A stretch of 64,000 nucleotides of DNA from Caldisericia bacterium (lineage in GTDB: Bacteria > Caldisericota > Caldisericia > JAAYUI01). A model generated the notes under the pieces. The model ran no database searches. It was not told the DNA's origin and saw only the letters and a program-made list of their open reading frames with translations. Position 1 is the stretch's first letter; each line of letters opens with the position of its first letter. The translations under genes were made by a program, and so were the position numbers. Below, in pieces: positions 28,110-38,100 of this stretch. Location: assembly GCA_963674785.1 (NCBI GenBank), contig OY771555.1, positions 320,001-384,000 on the forward strand. The letters are read 5' to 3'.

Positions 28110-29252
28110 ATGAAAAAAAAGGTTTTAGTAAACTCACTGGCAATTGCTATTATTCTTATCTTTGTAGCTGGATTTGTAGGATATTATATTGGAAAAAACT
28201 CTAAAAATCTTGATGATGTATGTGATTATAACAATATTAGGCTTTATCGTGAGATGAGAACACCTTTCTTTGATGGATACTGGCAAAATTACTCGACCTA
28301 TCCAACATCTTACAAAGCCTTATATGATCAAAACCTAGCTGATGCCCTAAATAAGGCAAGGGAAGATAGGCCAGGTATTATTGACCTCATCAATACCGAC
28401 AAAGAAAACCAATTCAACCACCCCGGATTTGAAGCATTTATGCAGAAGCTTCAAGAGTTTTCAGACAAAAATTACTCAAAAGCTCAAAAAATGTTCCCAA
28501 ATCCTGAGCACGTTTTCAATGATTTTACGGGTGTATACGACATGTCTGGAGTAAGTTTCCCATATATAAGATCAGATGTATTTGCATATTGCAGTGCGAT
28601 TGCACACGAAGTTGCACAAAACCCTAAAAACCAAATTTCAATTGAAAGAAATGGTTTTTTACGTAACCCTGTTTCAAACGACTACAACAGCTCAATAAAT
28701 CACGCTTTTTGGTCAGTATATTTCTTAAAAAGAAACACTCTCCAAATATCCTTAAAACCCTTTGATGTTGCGGATGAAGAAATTAATATGCTTGACAGAC
28801 CTGTGTCGTTAGATGATTTCTTTAAGTCACAGATTGTGACAATGAGGAAAATTGATAGTTATACTGGCTACCAAAATGAATACAGAAGAAAACCAATAAG
28901 CAGATATCTTACAGATTGGATTATCTTGTCCTTGAACGAGATTCAAAACCATAACTTCCCTATTTACGAAACAGAAGACAGTTTTTATCAAACAGGTATG
29001 ATGTCTGCCTATTACAGTTTTCTAGTAAACAAGCATAGCGCAGATTCACCTGTGAAAATCGGTCACCTCTACTTAGCTTGTTATGATTATTTGAATGATA
29101 TTGATCGATTGCCAAATACAACAAATATCATGGAGAGAATAAAAGAATGCCGGGGGATTGAATTCTTATTGAATCCCATTTTTGATGTTGAAATCGATTT
29201 TGAAGACTTAAAAGCATGGGCAAAAAAGAACTGCAAGGGTTTTAAGTTCTGA
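28110..29252 (+). CDS. Membrane-anchored hypothetical protein
   Basis: GGAGG RBS, N-terminal TM helix, 380 aa. Confidence 0.8.
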   Translation: MKKKVLVNSLAIAIILIFVAGFVGYYIGKNSKNLDDVCDYNNIRLYREMRTPFFDGYWQNYSTYPTSYKALYDQNLADALNKAREDRPGIIDLINTDKENQFNHPGFEAFMQKLQEFSDKNYSKAQKMFPNPEHVFNDFTGVYDMSGVSFPYIRSDVFAYCSAIAHEVAQNPKNQISIERNGFLRNPVSNDYNSSINHAFWSVYFLKRNTLQISLKPFDVADEEINMLDRPVSLDDFFKSQIVTMRKIDSYTGYQNEYRRKPISRYLTDWIILSLNEIQNHNFPIYETEDSFYQTGMMSAYYSFLVNKHSADSPVKIGHLYLACYDYLNDIDRLPNTTNIMERIKECRGIEFLLNPIFDVEIDFEDLKAWAKKNCKGFKF

Positions 29253-29254
29253 TT

Positions 29255-31324
29255 CTATTCAGCAACCCCAACCTTCACCTGAACATCAGTTGACCAGCTA
29301 TCCCAGGAAGCCTTTATTTTTCCGGAATACGAGTATCCCGGTTTCAACATTTCTTTTCGGATTTCTACCATGAAAAATTCTTCGGAGTTTCCAGGAATCA
29401 GAATTTCTTCAATCGGCAGATGAATCCATGGGGAGGTGGAAGAAAGCCTCACATCCACTTGCTGACCACAAGTGTTTTGAATTGCGGCACACATATGGAT
29501 GCATTCATCATCAATCCCAACTTTTCCAAAATCCAAAATATCATCTACAAACACAATCACATCACTTTTAGAATCATCGATTATCTCAATATTAGCAGAG
29601 CCTATAAGGTTTGCAAAACTGAAAATCACCTCACCTTTTGCCCCAGGAGTATCTGACGCTGTAAACTCTCCAGGTGGTGAAATCTCCCCGATTTCAGGAT
29701 TTGAAACTGACCAGTTTCGAGGTATCCCGATAATCCCAACTCCATTCCTATCAAGTATCTTTGCCATAAACTTCACCGATTCACCAGGCTTCAATTTCAC
29801 ATTTTGTGGTTCGACTTCAATTTCTTTTGCAAAAACAATTGTCACCTGAGCAAATGCAGTTTTACCCTCACATTCAGCTTTTATCGTGCATTTAGATTCA
29901 TTTCCGCTAGGTGTGAATAATCCTTCAGATGATATTGTTCCAGCTTCTTGAGGGTCTACTGACCATGTGACAGTCTTTTCTGTGATTGTTTTGAATTTGT
30001 ATGTTTGGTCAAAATTAATGATTACAGATGAAGGGGAGACTGTTAATCCACTACCCGATGTCCCCGAATTATCTCCCAAACAAATAATCTCCATTTTAAT
30101 AACAGATTGTACACCATAAAACAGTTTGTTATTTGAGGTTATCATCTTTTTCGGAGACTTCTTTTCCATGTCAAATTCCTTGAATAAAATACCAGTTCTC
30201 AAATCGAAACATTTTATATAAGTTTCCGAAATTACGTTTGAATCAAACGTATAGAAGACACTTTCAGTGGAGCAAACGTTATAGAAGGTCTTTTTATTCT
30301 GAATTTTCCATAACTGCTCCCTGCTGGCGATATCAAACCCAAACAGATACTCATTGTTTGCAAGAATTGCTATTCCTGAAGGTGATATGGAACACAGTTG
30401 CCAAATATCGTTTGGTACATCAATTGACCAAAGAAGTTCACCTTTTATTGGGTCAACACAATTGAATTTTGAATCTCCAGAAATCTCATCATCTGACTTT
30501 GCTGAAATAGAGTATAATTTGTCCTCATAAATCATTGGAATATTGCAAAATCCATAACCATCTTTGGCATCAAGAGACCATTCTTCTTCAAAAGTTGTAA
30601 GGTTGATCGCACTGATGGTTCTGGGGGTATAATAATTTTGCCATTTCCCGCTTTCTACACTGTTGATAAGACAATCATTGTAAAACAAACAAGGGATACT
30701 ATGACCTTTGATCTCACTATCGAAAAGGATTTCTCCATCATCCAATGCCAAAATCTTCATCTTCCAATCTTCTCCAGCATAATCGCTGGACATATAACCC
30801 AAATAAAAGACAACTTTGTCTTCATTGATACTTATGCCCGGAAAAGACGATACATATCTATCGCTCAATTTAGATTCCCACAAAATCTGCCCCGTTGAAA
30901 GCTCGAAACATATTACTTTCACACTGTCAGACATATCATCACTTACTGTTGCGACACATTTATCATTAGTAAGGGAGATGTTTTTAAAGGTATATCCTTC
31001 ATTTTTCCACACAACCAATCCATCAATCGAATTCAGGCAAACTATTTCTTTGGCGTTTTTATGTACAAAAAATCCATTTGACTCATAAAAATCACCAATC
31101 CCCCCTTTAGATTCAACTTTCCACAGTCTTTTCATTGCCAAATAGTTCGGAGCACAATCATTTGACACAGAGAATGTATGATGAATATTTGCTCCGAAAC
31201 CTGACCAGTTGCAATCAGAGTTTGATACATCTGATGCACTGGTTGAGTGTTGGATTCCAGCACCCAAAACATCAAAGGAAAAAATTAGTAACAAACATAA
31301 AACAAATAAGAAATATTTCTTCAT
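29255..31324 (-). CDS. Secreted PQQ-like beta-propeller protein with Ig-like/BACON-like domains
   Basis: Repeated (C).D..TG..LW motifs; W.V....G.I...G.FT Ig repeats; LDFG. Confidence 0.9.
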   Translation of the reverse strand: MKKYFLFVLCLLLIFSFDVLGAGIQHSTSASDVSNSDCNWSGFGANIHHTFSVSNDCAPNYLAMKRLWKVESKGGIGDFYESNGFFVHKNAKEIVCLNSIDGLVVWKNEGYTFKNISLTNDKCVATVSDDMSDSVKVICFELSTGQILWESKLSDRYVSSFPGISINEDKVVFYLGYMSSDYAGEDWKMKILALDDGEILFDSEIKGHSIPCLFYNDCLINSVESGKWQNYYTPRTISAINLTTFEEEWSLDAKDGYGFCNIPMIYEDKLYSISAKSDDEISGDSKFNCVDPIKGELLWSIDVPNDIWQLCSISPSGIAILANNEYLFGFDIASREQLWKIQNKKTFYNVCSTESVFYTFDSNVISETYIKCFDLRTGILFKEFDMEKKSPKKMITSNNKLFYGVQSVIKMEIICLGDNSGTSGSGLTVSPSSVIINFDQTYKFKTITEKTVTWSVDPQEAGTISSEGLFTPSGNESKCTIKAECEGKTAFAQVTIVFAKEIEVEPQNVKLKPGESVKFMAKILDRNGVGIIGIPRNWSVSNPEIGEISPPGEFTASDTPGAKGEVIFSFANLIGSANIEIIDDSKSDVIVFVDDILDFGKVGIDDECIHMCAAIQNTCGQQVDVRLSSTSPWIHLPIEEILIPGNSEEFFMVEIRKEMLKPGYSYSGKIKASWDSWSTDVQVKVGVAE

Positions 31325-32529
31325 GGAAGTTCATACCCCATATTCTGGTAAATCTCAGGCAAGTAGTTTGGATTTGTGATTTTTAAGCTCTGCAAAATCC
31401 TCATAATTTGATACTCTTCTCTCTCTGTGCAAAACTCTGTATATATCTTTATCACCCATCCATCCATCGGAATATAATAAATAATCTTATAGTATTGCGA
31501 TTTCATCCTCACTCTATCTGACGAAATATATGCAAGAATATTACCAATCATGATTCTTTTGTATGAAGTGTCTGTTTTTATGTCATTTTTATCCCATGTT
31601 GGGAGGATGACAATTTTTGCAGAATCAGCATAAAGCGTCACTTTTTCAGCCCTGTTTTTGTATCCACATTCTTTAATATCTCTAGCTTTTGGTGTGTTGA
31701 TCACCGATACCGAAAAATACTTTGACTCAAAATTTCCGACTGGTTCAGGGAAATCTGATGATGACTTTTCCATATCAAAAGCAAAGACTGGTTCATCAGT
31801 TATGGTTATCAGATCCTCAATATTATCAAATCTTCTTCCAAGCATCTCGTCCCAGTGTGATTTTTCTCGGGTTTTTTTCAGACCAATTGCTTCCGTTTCG
31901 AGCTTTTCAAATGCATCATAATATGAGTCTTTTACTCGAAGAGTAGAGATGATATTCCTCAAAACCGCGAGGTTTTTGTTGTCAGGACCTCCGTATCCCT
32001 CTCCATTTGGTTCCATAGAACCAGCATAAACGTCAACATAGGATCCATTCATTGGGATCAGCACTTTAAACACATGCATGTCACAGTTGTTTTCTTCTAT
32101 CCAAACCCCATTGTGCATCCCAAACCTTTTTTCATAATGCATATAAAGCTTACAGCAATTTGATATCCAAGGATTTCCTATATATCTTCCATGTTCATTT
32201 CTGATTCTGTTTTCTTTTAATTCGAACCAGGGATGAATTTCAATATCCGCATATCTGTCACCATATTCTATGTGCACGGTTTTTGAGTGAAATTCACACT
32301 CACTTGACCAAATGTTTTCATCTACACTAATTTCATCAGTAGTTGTTAATTCTGCTCCATCAATATATCTGAGTTCAAAAAAATCATTTTCATAAAAGTT
32401 TGAATATTCCCATTCATAAAAGGGAACCGTGTACACACCAAACTTGAAACCTGTGAGCAAAGAAAACACAAATACTGAGCCAATAAGAACTAGTGCTAGC
32501 ATCAAAAACCAAATTAATGTTTTTTTCAT
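31321..32529 (-). CDS. Membrane-anchored hypothetical protein with two related domains
   Basis: Start at MKKTLIWF; internal similarity IPMNGSYV..IISTLRVK vs IPMDGWVI..ILQSLKIT. Confidence 0.8.
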   Translation of the reverse strand: MKKTLIWFLMLALVLIGSVFVFSLLTGFKFGVYTVPFYEWEYSNFYENDFFELRYIDGAELTTTDEISVDENIWSSECEFHSKTVHIEYGDRYADIEIHPWFELKENRIRNEHGRYIGNPWISNCCKLYMHYEKRFGMHNGVWIEENNCDMHVFKVLIPMNGSYVDVYAGSMEPNGEGYGGPDNKNLAVLRNIISTLRVKDSYYDAFEKLETEAIGLKKTREKSHWDEMLGRRFDNIEDLITITDEPVFAFDMEKSSSDFPEPVGNFESKYFSVSVINTPKARDIKECGYKNRAEKVTLYADSAKIVILPTWDKNDIKTDTSYKRIMIGNILAYISSDRVRMKSQYYKIIYYIPMDGWVIKIYTEFCTEREEYQIMRILQSLKITNPNYLPEIYQNMGYELP

Positions 32530-32603
32530 AAAATATGGCTCCCCGAAACCACAAAAATGCAACACAAAACTGTAGCTAAAACCACTACCCAACTTTTTCT
32601 CAT
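32526..32603 (-). pseudogene. Orphan signal-peptide mini-ORF MRKSWVVVLATVLCCIFVVSGSHIL*
   Basis: AAGGAG RBS 6 nt upstream of the ATG; the stop overlaps the start of the next gene (ATGA). Confidence 0.55.
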
Positions 32604-32632
32604 CAAGCACTCCTTTGAAAAAATATCTTCTA

Positions 32633-35101
32633 TTATGATGGTGAATAAACTATAGTTACAGTCCTATCATCCTGATTCCAACTGACATTTGCACCAAAGG
32701 CTTCTGTGATGAATCTGACGGGCACAAGTGTTCTGCTATCAATTACAGTTGGAGGTGCATCAAGATTAATTTCTTTCCCGTTAACCCTGGCAGTGTTTTT
32801 GTTCACCCACATCTCAACTGATGTTTGATTACCTGAAGGGTTGATCAGGTTTATTGTGATTTTCTTTTCTGTGCCATCCCACAAAACACCTGCACCAAGA
32901 TTCTCACTTATGATTCTGATTGGAACCATTGTTCTCCCAGAAACAATCTGTGGAGGAACATCAAGTGTTACAGAATCGCCATCGACAAGCGCCATAGGTG
33001 AATCTATCTGAAGAACTATTGTTGTATTTAAAAGCTTGTTTGCAGTAACTCTTAATTCAATAGGTTTCCCTGCATCTGGTGTTACGGTTACAACTGCATC
33101 AAGCTTTTCACCCGGTCTTATTTTAGATGTATCGCAAGTAACTGCGATCTCCTGGTATTTATCAACTTTACCATAAACCGGATAGAAGCTAAGCCAGGAA
33201 GCATCAGATTTTATCGAACACCCGATAGGGTTTTTTGAAGTTGAGATTATCCCAAAAGTTGATTTTAATTCTGAGGTTTCCCACGATTTTATGTCTGCAA
33301 ATTCAAGATCATCCTCCGAAAGAGTTATGATTTCGGAGTCATCTCCCACAATCTCAACAAGCACCTCGAGCTCCAAAACTCCATTATCCCAGACATACTC
33401 AACAATACCCGAATAGAAACCAGGTTTTACATTCTCTAAATTGAGACCCACAACTGACTCAAGTTCTTCTGTCTCAGGGTTGATCGCAGGATGACCAATA
33501 TCTAACCAATCTGGAAAATTACCAACTTCGATCTTACCTTCACAGAACCAGTCAACATTAAACATTATTGCAATTGAGTCATTATCATTTGGGCTTTTAA
33601 GTCCAAAGTCAATTTTGTCTGTTACAAGCTCAGGTTCTGGACAAATTGTGATTGACGATACACCAAAGATGTCACCGTGAATAGCTCTTACCAGACCTCT
33701 CGTATTTCTTCCATCACCTGCTGTAAAAAGACCTGTTTTATCAATTGTCCCTAGTCCTGGTGGATCAACTTCCCACCTAATGTCAAGATTTGGAATTTCT
33801 TTTTCCCTGATGTCATAATTTATGACATCAAACTGAAACTTACCACCTTGCATGACCATCAATTCAGTTGGTTTTACAATAATTCCCACAAGAGCAATTT
33901 TCCTCTTGTAACAATGCAAGTACCCTTCAGTCGTTGATATAAAAAGTCGATCTTTGTCCAGAACAACAGATTGAGCAACATGCGGAAAATCTTTGTCAGA
34001 TAAAATATCACCATCATCAATATCAAGTGAAATCAGCTTTGATTTCATACTGTTGTTTGTAGATTGAGCAAGATTTGAATCAGTATAACAAGCAAAAACA
34101 ATTTCATCGGTTACCGCAACTACACAATCAGACATTTCAGTATCTGTTGTCGCCCACAACAAAGAGCCAGAGTCAACATCGAGACATGCCAGACCATCAG
34201 TCGAGTTCGCAATTAATAGTTTTTTCCCGGATAGTGCTTTGCATTTTGAAATACCAGACTGGGACACATATTCCCAAACCATTTCTCCACTATCTACATC
34301 AATAGCTAAAATCCTTGAATTTTCATCCGACATCTTTGATCCGACAAACATCATCCCATTATCTGCTATTATATGACCATCAAAGGCTTCACCTTCTTCA
34401 GGTTCAAGAGTCCAGAGAACATCACCGTCTGCATCATCAAGTGCATAGATGTTTCCTGGTGGATATTGATTGTTTTTTTGATAAAAAGCATTTCTTATAA
34501 AAAGTACGCCATTATCTAAACAGTCGAAAGTGTACTCACCTGGTAACCTCTTTGACCAGCCAGATTCACCTTCCTTGAAATATATTGAATATCTCCCCTC
34601 TTCTTCCTCCCGTTGAATTGAGTAGTATATATCCCCATCATTACTGAGCATGAAAGTTGGTTCTGCAAGCATCTGAGTTTTTTTGTTCCTCTTGCCCGTT
34701 TTTCCATCAAGTGAGATAATATTCCATCTTCCTGAATTTTTTTCTGTGAGCAAAACATTACCATCTGAAATCATCGGAGTGTGAGTTGTTGTAAACTCAC
34801 TTTCATATTTCCATATGATGCTTCCGGTTGAAATATCAAATGCATAGAAGTTTTTACTGTTTCCAACAAAAACCTTGTTATTCCAAACAACGGGATAAAC
34901 ACAAAAGTTATTTCCAACAGGGATATTCCAATCAACAGATAATGTCGGTTTTGGATAATCATCAGTTTTTATATAACAAGATCTGTTGTTTTCTCCACGC
35001 CATGTATCCCAAAACGATACATTCGAGACTCCAAAAGCAAATCCAAAAGAAGAAAGGATGAAAAATCCTACAAAAACAAACGCAAACGCTTTCTTTAACA
35101 C
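32633..35101 (-). CDS. PQQ-like beta-propeller + Ig/BACON + C-terminal stalk domain surface protein
   Basis: PQQ-like repeats; GRTMVPIRIISE.LGA.V.W and RTLVPVRFITEAFGA.V.W. Confidence 0.92.
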   Translation of the reverse strand: MLKKAFAFVFVGFFILSSFGFAFGVSNVSFWDTWRGENNRSCYIKTDDYPKPTLSVDWNIPVGNNFCVYPVVWNNKVFVGNSKNFYAFDISTGSIIWKYESEFTTTHTPMISDGNVLLTEKNSGRWNIISLDGKTGKRNKKTQMLAEPTFMLSNDGDIYYSIQREEEEGRYSIYFKEGESGWSKRLPGEYTFDCLDNGVLFIRNAFYQKNNQYPPGNIYALDDADGDVLWTLEPEEGEAFDGHIIADNGMMFVGSKMSDENSRILAIDVDSGEMVWEYVSQSGISKCKALSGKKLLIANSTDGLACLDVDSGSLLWATTDTEMSDCVVAVTDEIVFACYTDSNLAQSTNNSMKSKLISLDIDDGDILSDKDFPHVAQSVVLDKDRLFISTTEGYLHCYKRKIALVGIIVKPTELMVMQGGKFQFDVINYDIREKEIPNLDIRWEVDPPGLGTIDKTGLFTAGDGRNTRGLVRAIHGDIFGVSSITICPEPELVTDKIDFGLKSPNDNDSIAIMFNVDWFCEGKIEVGNFPDWLDIGHPAINPETEELESVVGLNLENVKPGFYSGIVEYVWDNGVLELEVLVEIVGDDSEIITLSEDDLEFADIKSWETSELKSTFGIISTSKNPIGCSIKSDASWLSFYPVYGKVDKYQEIAVTCDTSKIRPGEKLDAVVTVTPDAGKPIELRVTANKLLNTTIVLQIDSPMALVDGDSVTLDVPPQIVSGRTMVPIRIISENLGAGVLWDGTEKKITINLINPSGNQTSVEMWVNKNTARVNGKEINLDAPPTVIDSRTLVPVRFITEAFGANVSWNQDDRTVTIVYSPS

Positions 35102-35132
35102 AGACTTTCCATCCTTTCAAATCACATTTCTG

Positions 35133-38100
35133 TTAGTTTACCGTGACGAGTACCGAAATCCTTTGTTCCATGTCCATTTCATCTTCTGGAGAATACCATC
35201 TTACCCATATACCACCGTATTTCGAACCACTACTATTGAGTTCACTAGATTTAGTCATAATTGTCAAGGGTATCTCTTCTCCTGGCTCAATATTAACCAA
35301 GGTGTTATCAATATCAAACCATTCATAAGCATCCTCAAAATGAAGCTCAATTTCTGATTCTGAATTGTTTTTTATCATCACTTTTTGGGTTTTTAGAGAA
35401 CCTTTTGGTACCCTTCCAAAATCAACAGTCGTTTTGTCAAACTCAATCTCTGCAGCTTTTTCTCCAAAACAATGAAGGACCCCGTCTCTATCACCCACAT
35501 AAACCTTTTTACCCCAGATAGCAGGTGAGGATTGGAAATGACTGCACCCAGAACCAATCGTCGTATACCATAGAACTTCAAGAGTATCGGAATCCAACTT
35601 GAAAAATCTTCCATTCTTTGTAGAAATATAGCAATTTCTTGCTGAAAGCGCAGGCGATGACCTGATCTGAGAACCTAGTTTCACCATCTTTATTTTATCA
35701 CCCGTTGCCCTGTTTAAAGCATAGAAATCACCTTTGAGGTTGCCAAAGAAGATTTTACCATCATGCAATGCTGGGGAACAAACGATAGGTGAATCCGTCT
35801 CATATTTCCATATCAGTTTCCCTGATACACCATCTAGGCAATAAAGAGTTCCATCATTTGATCCAATATAAATATTTAAATCGAATGCTGTTTTTATTCC
35901 TGTTGATCTATAGACAAAGCAACATGGTGTGGAATATATTGAACCTCCAGTTTTATATTTCCAAACCTCTTCGCCTGACAAAGTATCAATAGCATAGATG
36001 TAGTCATCAACAGAACCAACGAAAATCAAGTCACCATATGGCGGAGTGCACACCGATGAGTACACACTGCCCTCAGTTTCAAACTCCCAGACAAGCTCTC
36101 CAGTTTCTGCTAAAACACAATAAATATTATTATCAAGGGAGCCAAAATACACTCTTCTTTGGACTGGTTCACCGACTTCAAATCGTTTTTCATGTACACT
36201 AGGTGATGAAAATACTGGGCCACCAGTTTTGAATTTCCAATTCCTTTCTCCAGTTTCCACGTCATAACTGTACATATGACTATCAGAGGAGCCAAAATAA
36301 ATTGATTGTCCACCAATACCGGCACACGAACCAGCCGAAGAGAACCCTTCTCTATCAAACTCTTCAGACCAAACATATTCTCCAGTTTTGGGATCTATGC
36401 AGTAAAACGTATTGCCGAATCCTAGGAATAATTTTTCTTTGTTTATTACAGGTGAAGCATCGGTCTCAAGAAAGGTATCATATCGCCATTTTGTTTCGAG
36501 CTTCTTTGTCTCAGGACCAAATGAGGGGATCACACTACTATTTCTTGACTGATCGAAACCAAATGCAAACCAATCTGCAAATTGAATAGAATCCCGCTCA
36601 ACAGTATATGCCCTAACTATTATTGGCACCACAGACTCATTCCAGGACACATAAAGATAACCTGAAGGCATGCCACCAGGAATTTTGGCAGAGTCGAGTG
36701 CTACTACTGCCGTTTCTTTATGTTTTGGTTCAATTGTAAGCTCAGTTGTTACTGGCACTATCCACTCTACGTTTATATCAGTTGTAAACTGAACAAAAAG
36801 AGTAGCATCCGTGGTATTCTCAAGGGTCAACTCCCGAATTATCGTCCCATCTGAATCAGTAGATATTCCTCCAAAGTCTATCAAATCTGGGGAAATAATT
36901 ATATCTGGAGGTGGATCGGAAAAACATATCAGTTTTCTTCCAGAAGAAACAAAAACATTTCCACCTGAAACCACAATAGGTGATCTTACTTTGCTTTCTG
37001 TTTCATAACTCCAAAGAGGGATTCCAGTTACTGTATCAAGACAGAAGACCTCTTTATCCCATGTTCCAAAATAGAGTCTTCCACCTGAAATTGTCGGGTG
37101 TACTTCAATATCCTTTTTTGTTTCATAACCCCATTTAAGTTCACCGGTCTCCATAATATAACACCTGATATATGTGTCCTTTGTTATTAGATATATGTAC
37201 TCGTCATTACACGCTGGTGTGATTCGTGCCTCACTAAGTGTATTTGTAAACCAAATCTGTTCACCAGTCCCAGCATCAAGCAAGAAAAGTCTCTTGTTCC
37301 TAGCAGCAACAACAACTTTCCCGTCAATATAGACCGGATCAGCGACTAAAGGATCTTTTATTTCAAAGTCCCAAACCTCATCTCCTGTTTCAAGTTCGAC
37401 ACAATAAAGCTTTTTGTCATTTGACCCAAAGAAAATACTTCCTGGGCTAATTGCAATCCCTGTAGATATTTTTTCACTGGCTCGGAATGACCACAACAAT
37501 ACCCCAGTTTGAAGACTCAAACAGTAGACATTTCCATCAGTCGTCCCAAAAAAAGCCTTACCATTTGCAACGGAAAGAGAAGTGCAAATATCTAGACCAT
37601 CATCAAAAGACCACAATTCCTGTCCATCCTTTTGAGAAATTGCAGTTACGCCACTATTTGTCGGGATATAAAGTCCTCCACCAAACAATGCACCTGAATC
37701 ATTTATGTAGTTATCTATTTCAACTTCCCAGACGAGTTCGCCATTATCGACATCATAACAATAAATATCCCTCGTATAAGAAGGCATAACAAATGCAAAC
37801 CCATGTGCAACAAGAACACAATTATTTAGTGAATCACCAAACTCTTCTTCCCAGACTTTTGAAAGAACATCCCCTTCTGGCCCACAAAACTCTGTTGCGT
37901 TCGAATCCCCCGCAGCATTGCAGTTTTCTGAGACCCACGAACATCCTGATTTATCAATAACTATCTCACCTGATTCTGCAAACTCAAGACTTGAGTCTGT
38001 GTACACCTTTACAAATACCTTGTACTCAACATCAGCAATAGAAAACACTATCTCATCAGAGTACCACTTTTGGTCCTCACTAAGAATCCCATCATCGATT

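Noticed and set aside
28580-28625. AHEVAQ as a zincin motif in 28110-29252
   Set aside because: The second His is missing and no supporting downstream ligand was recognised.
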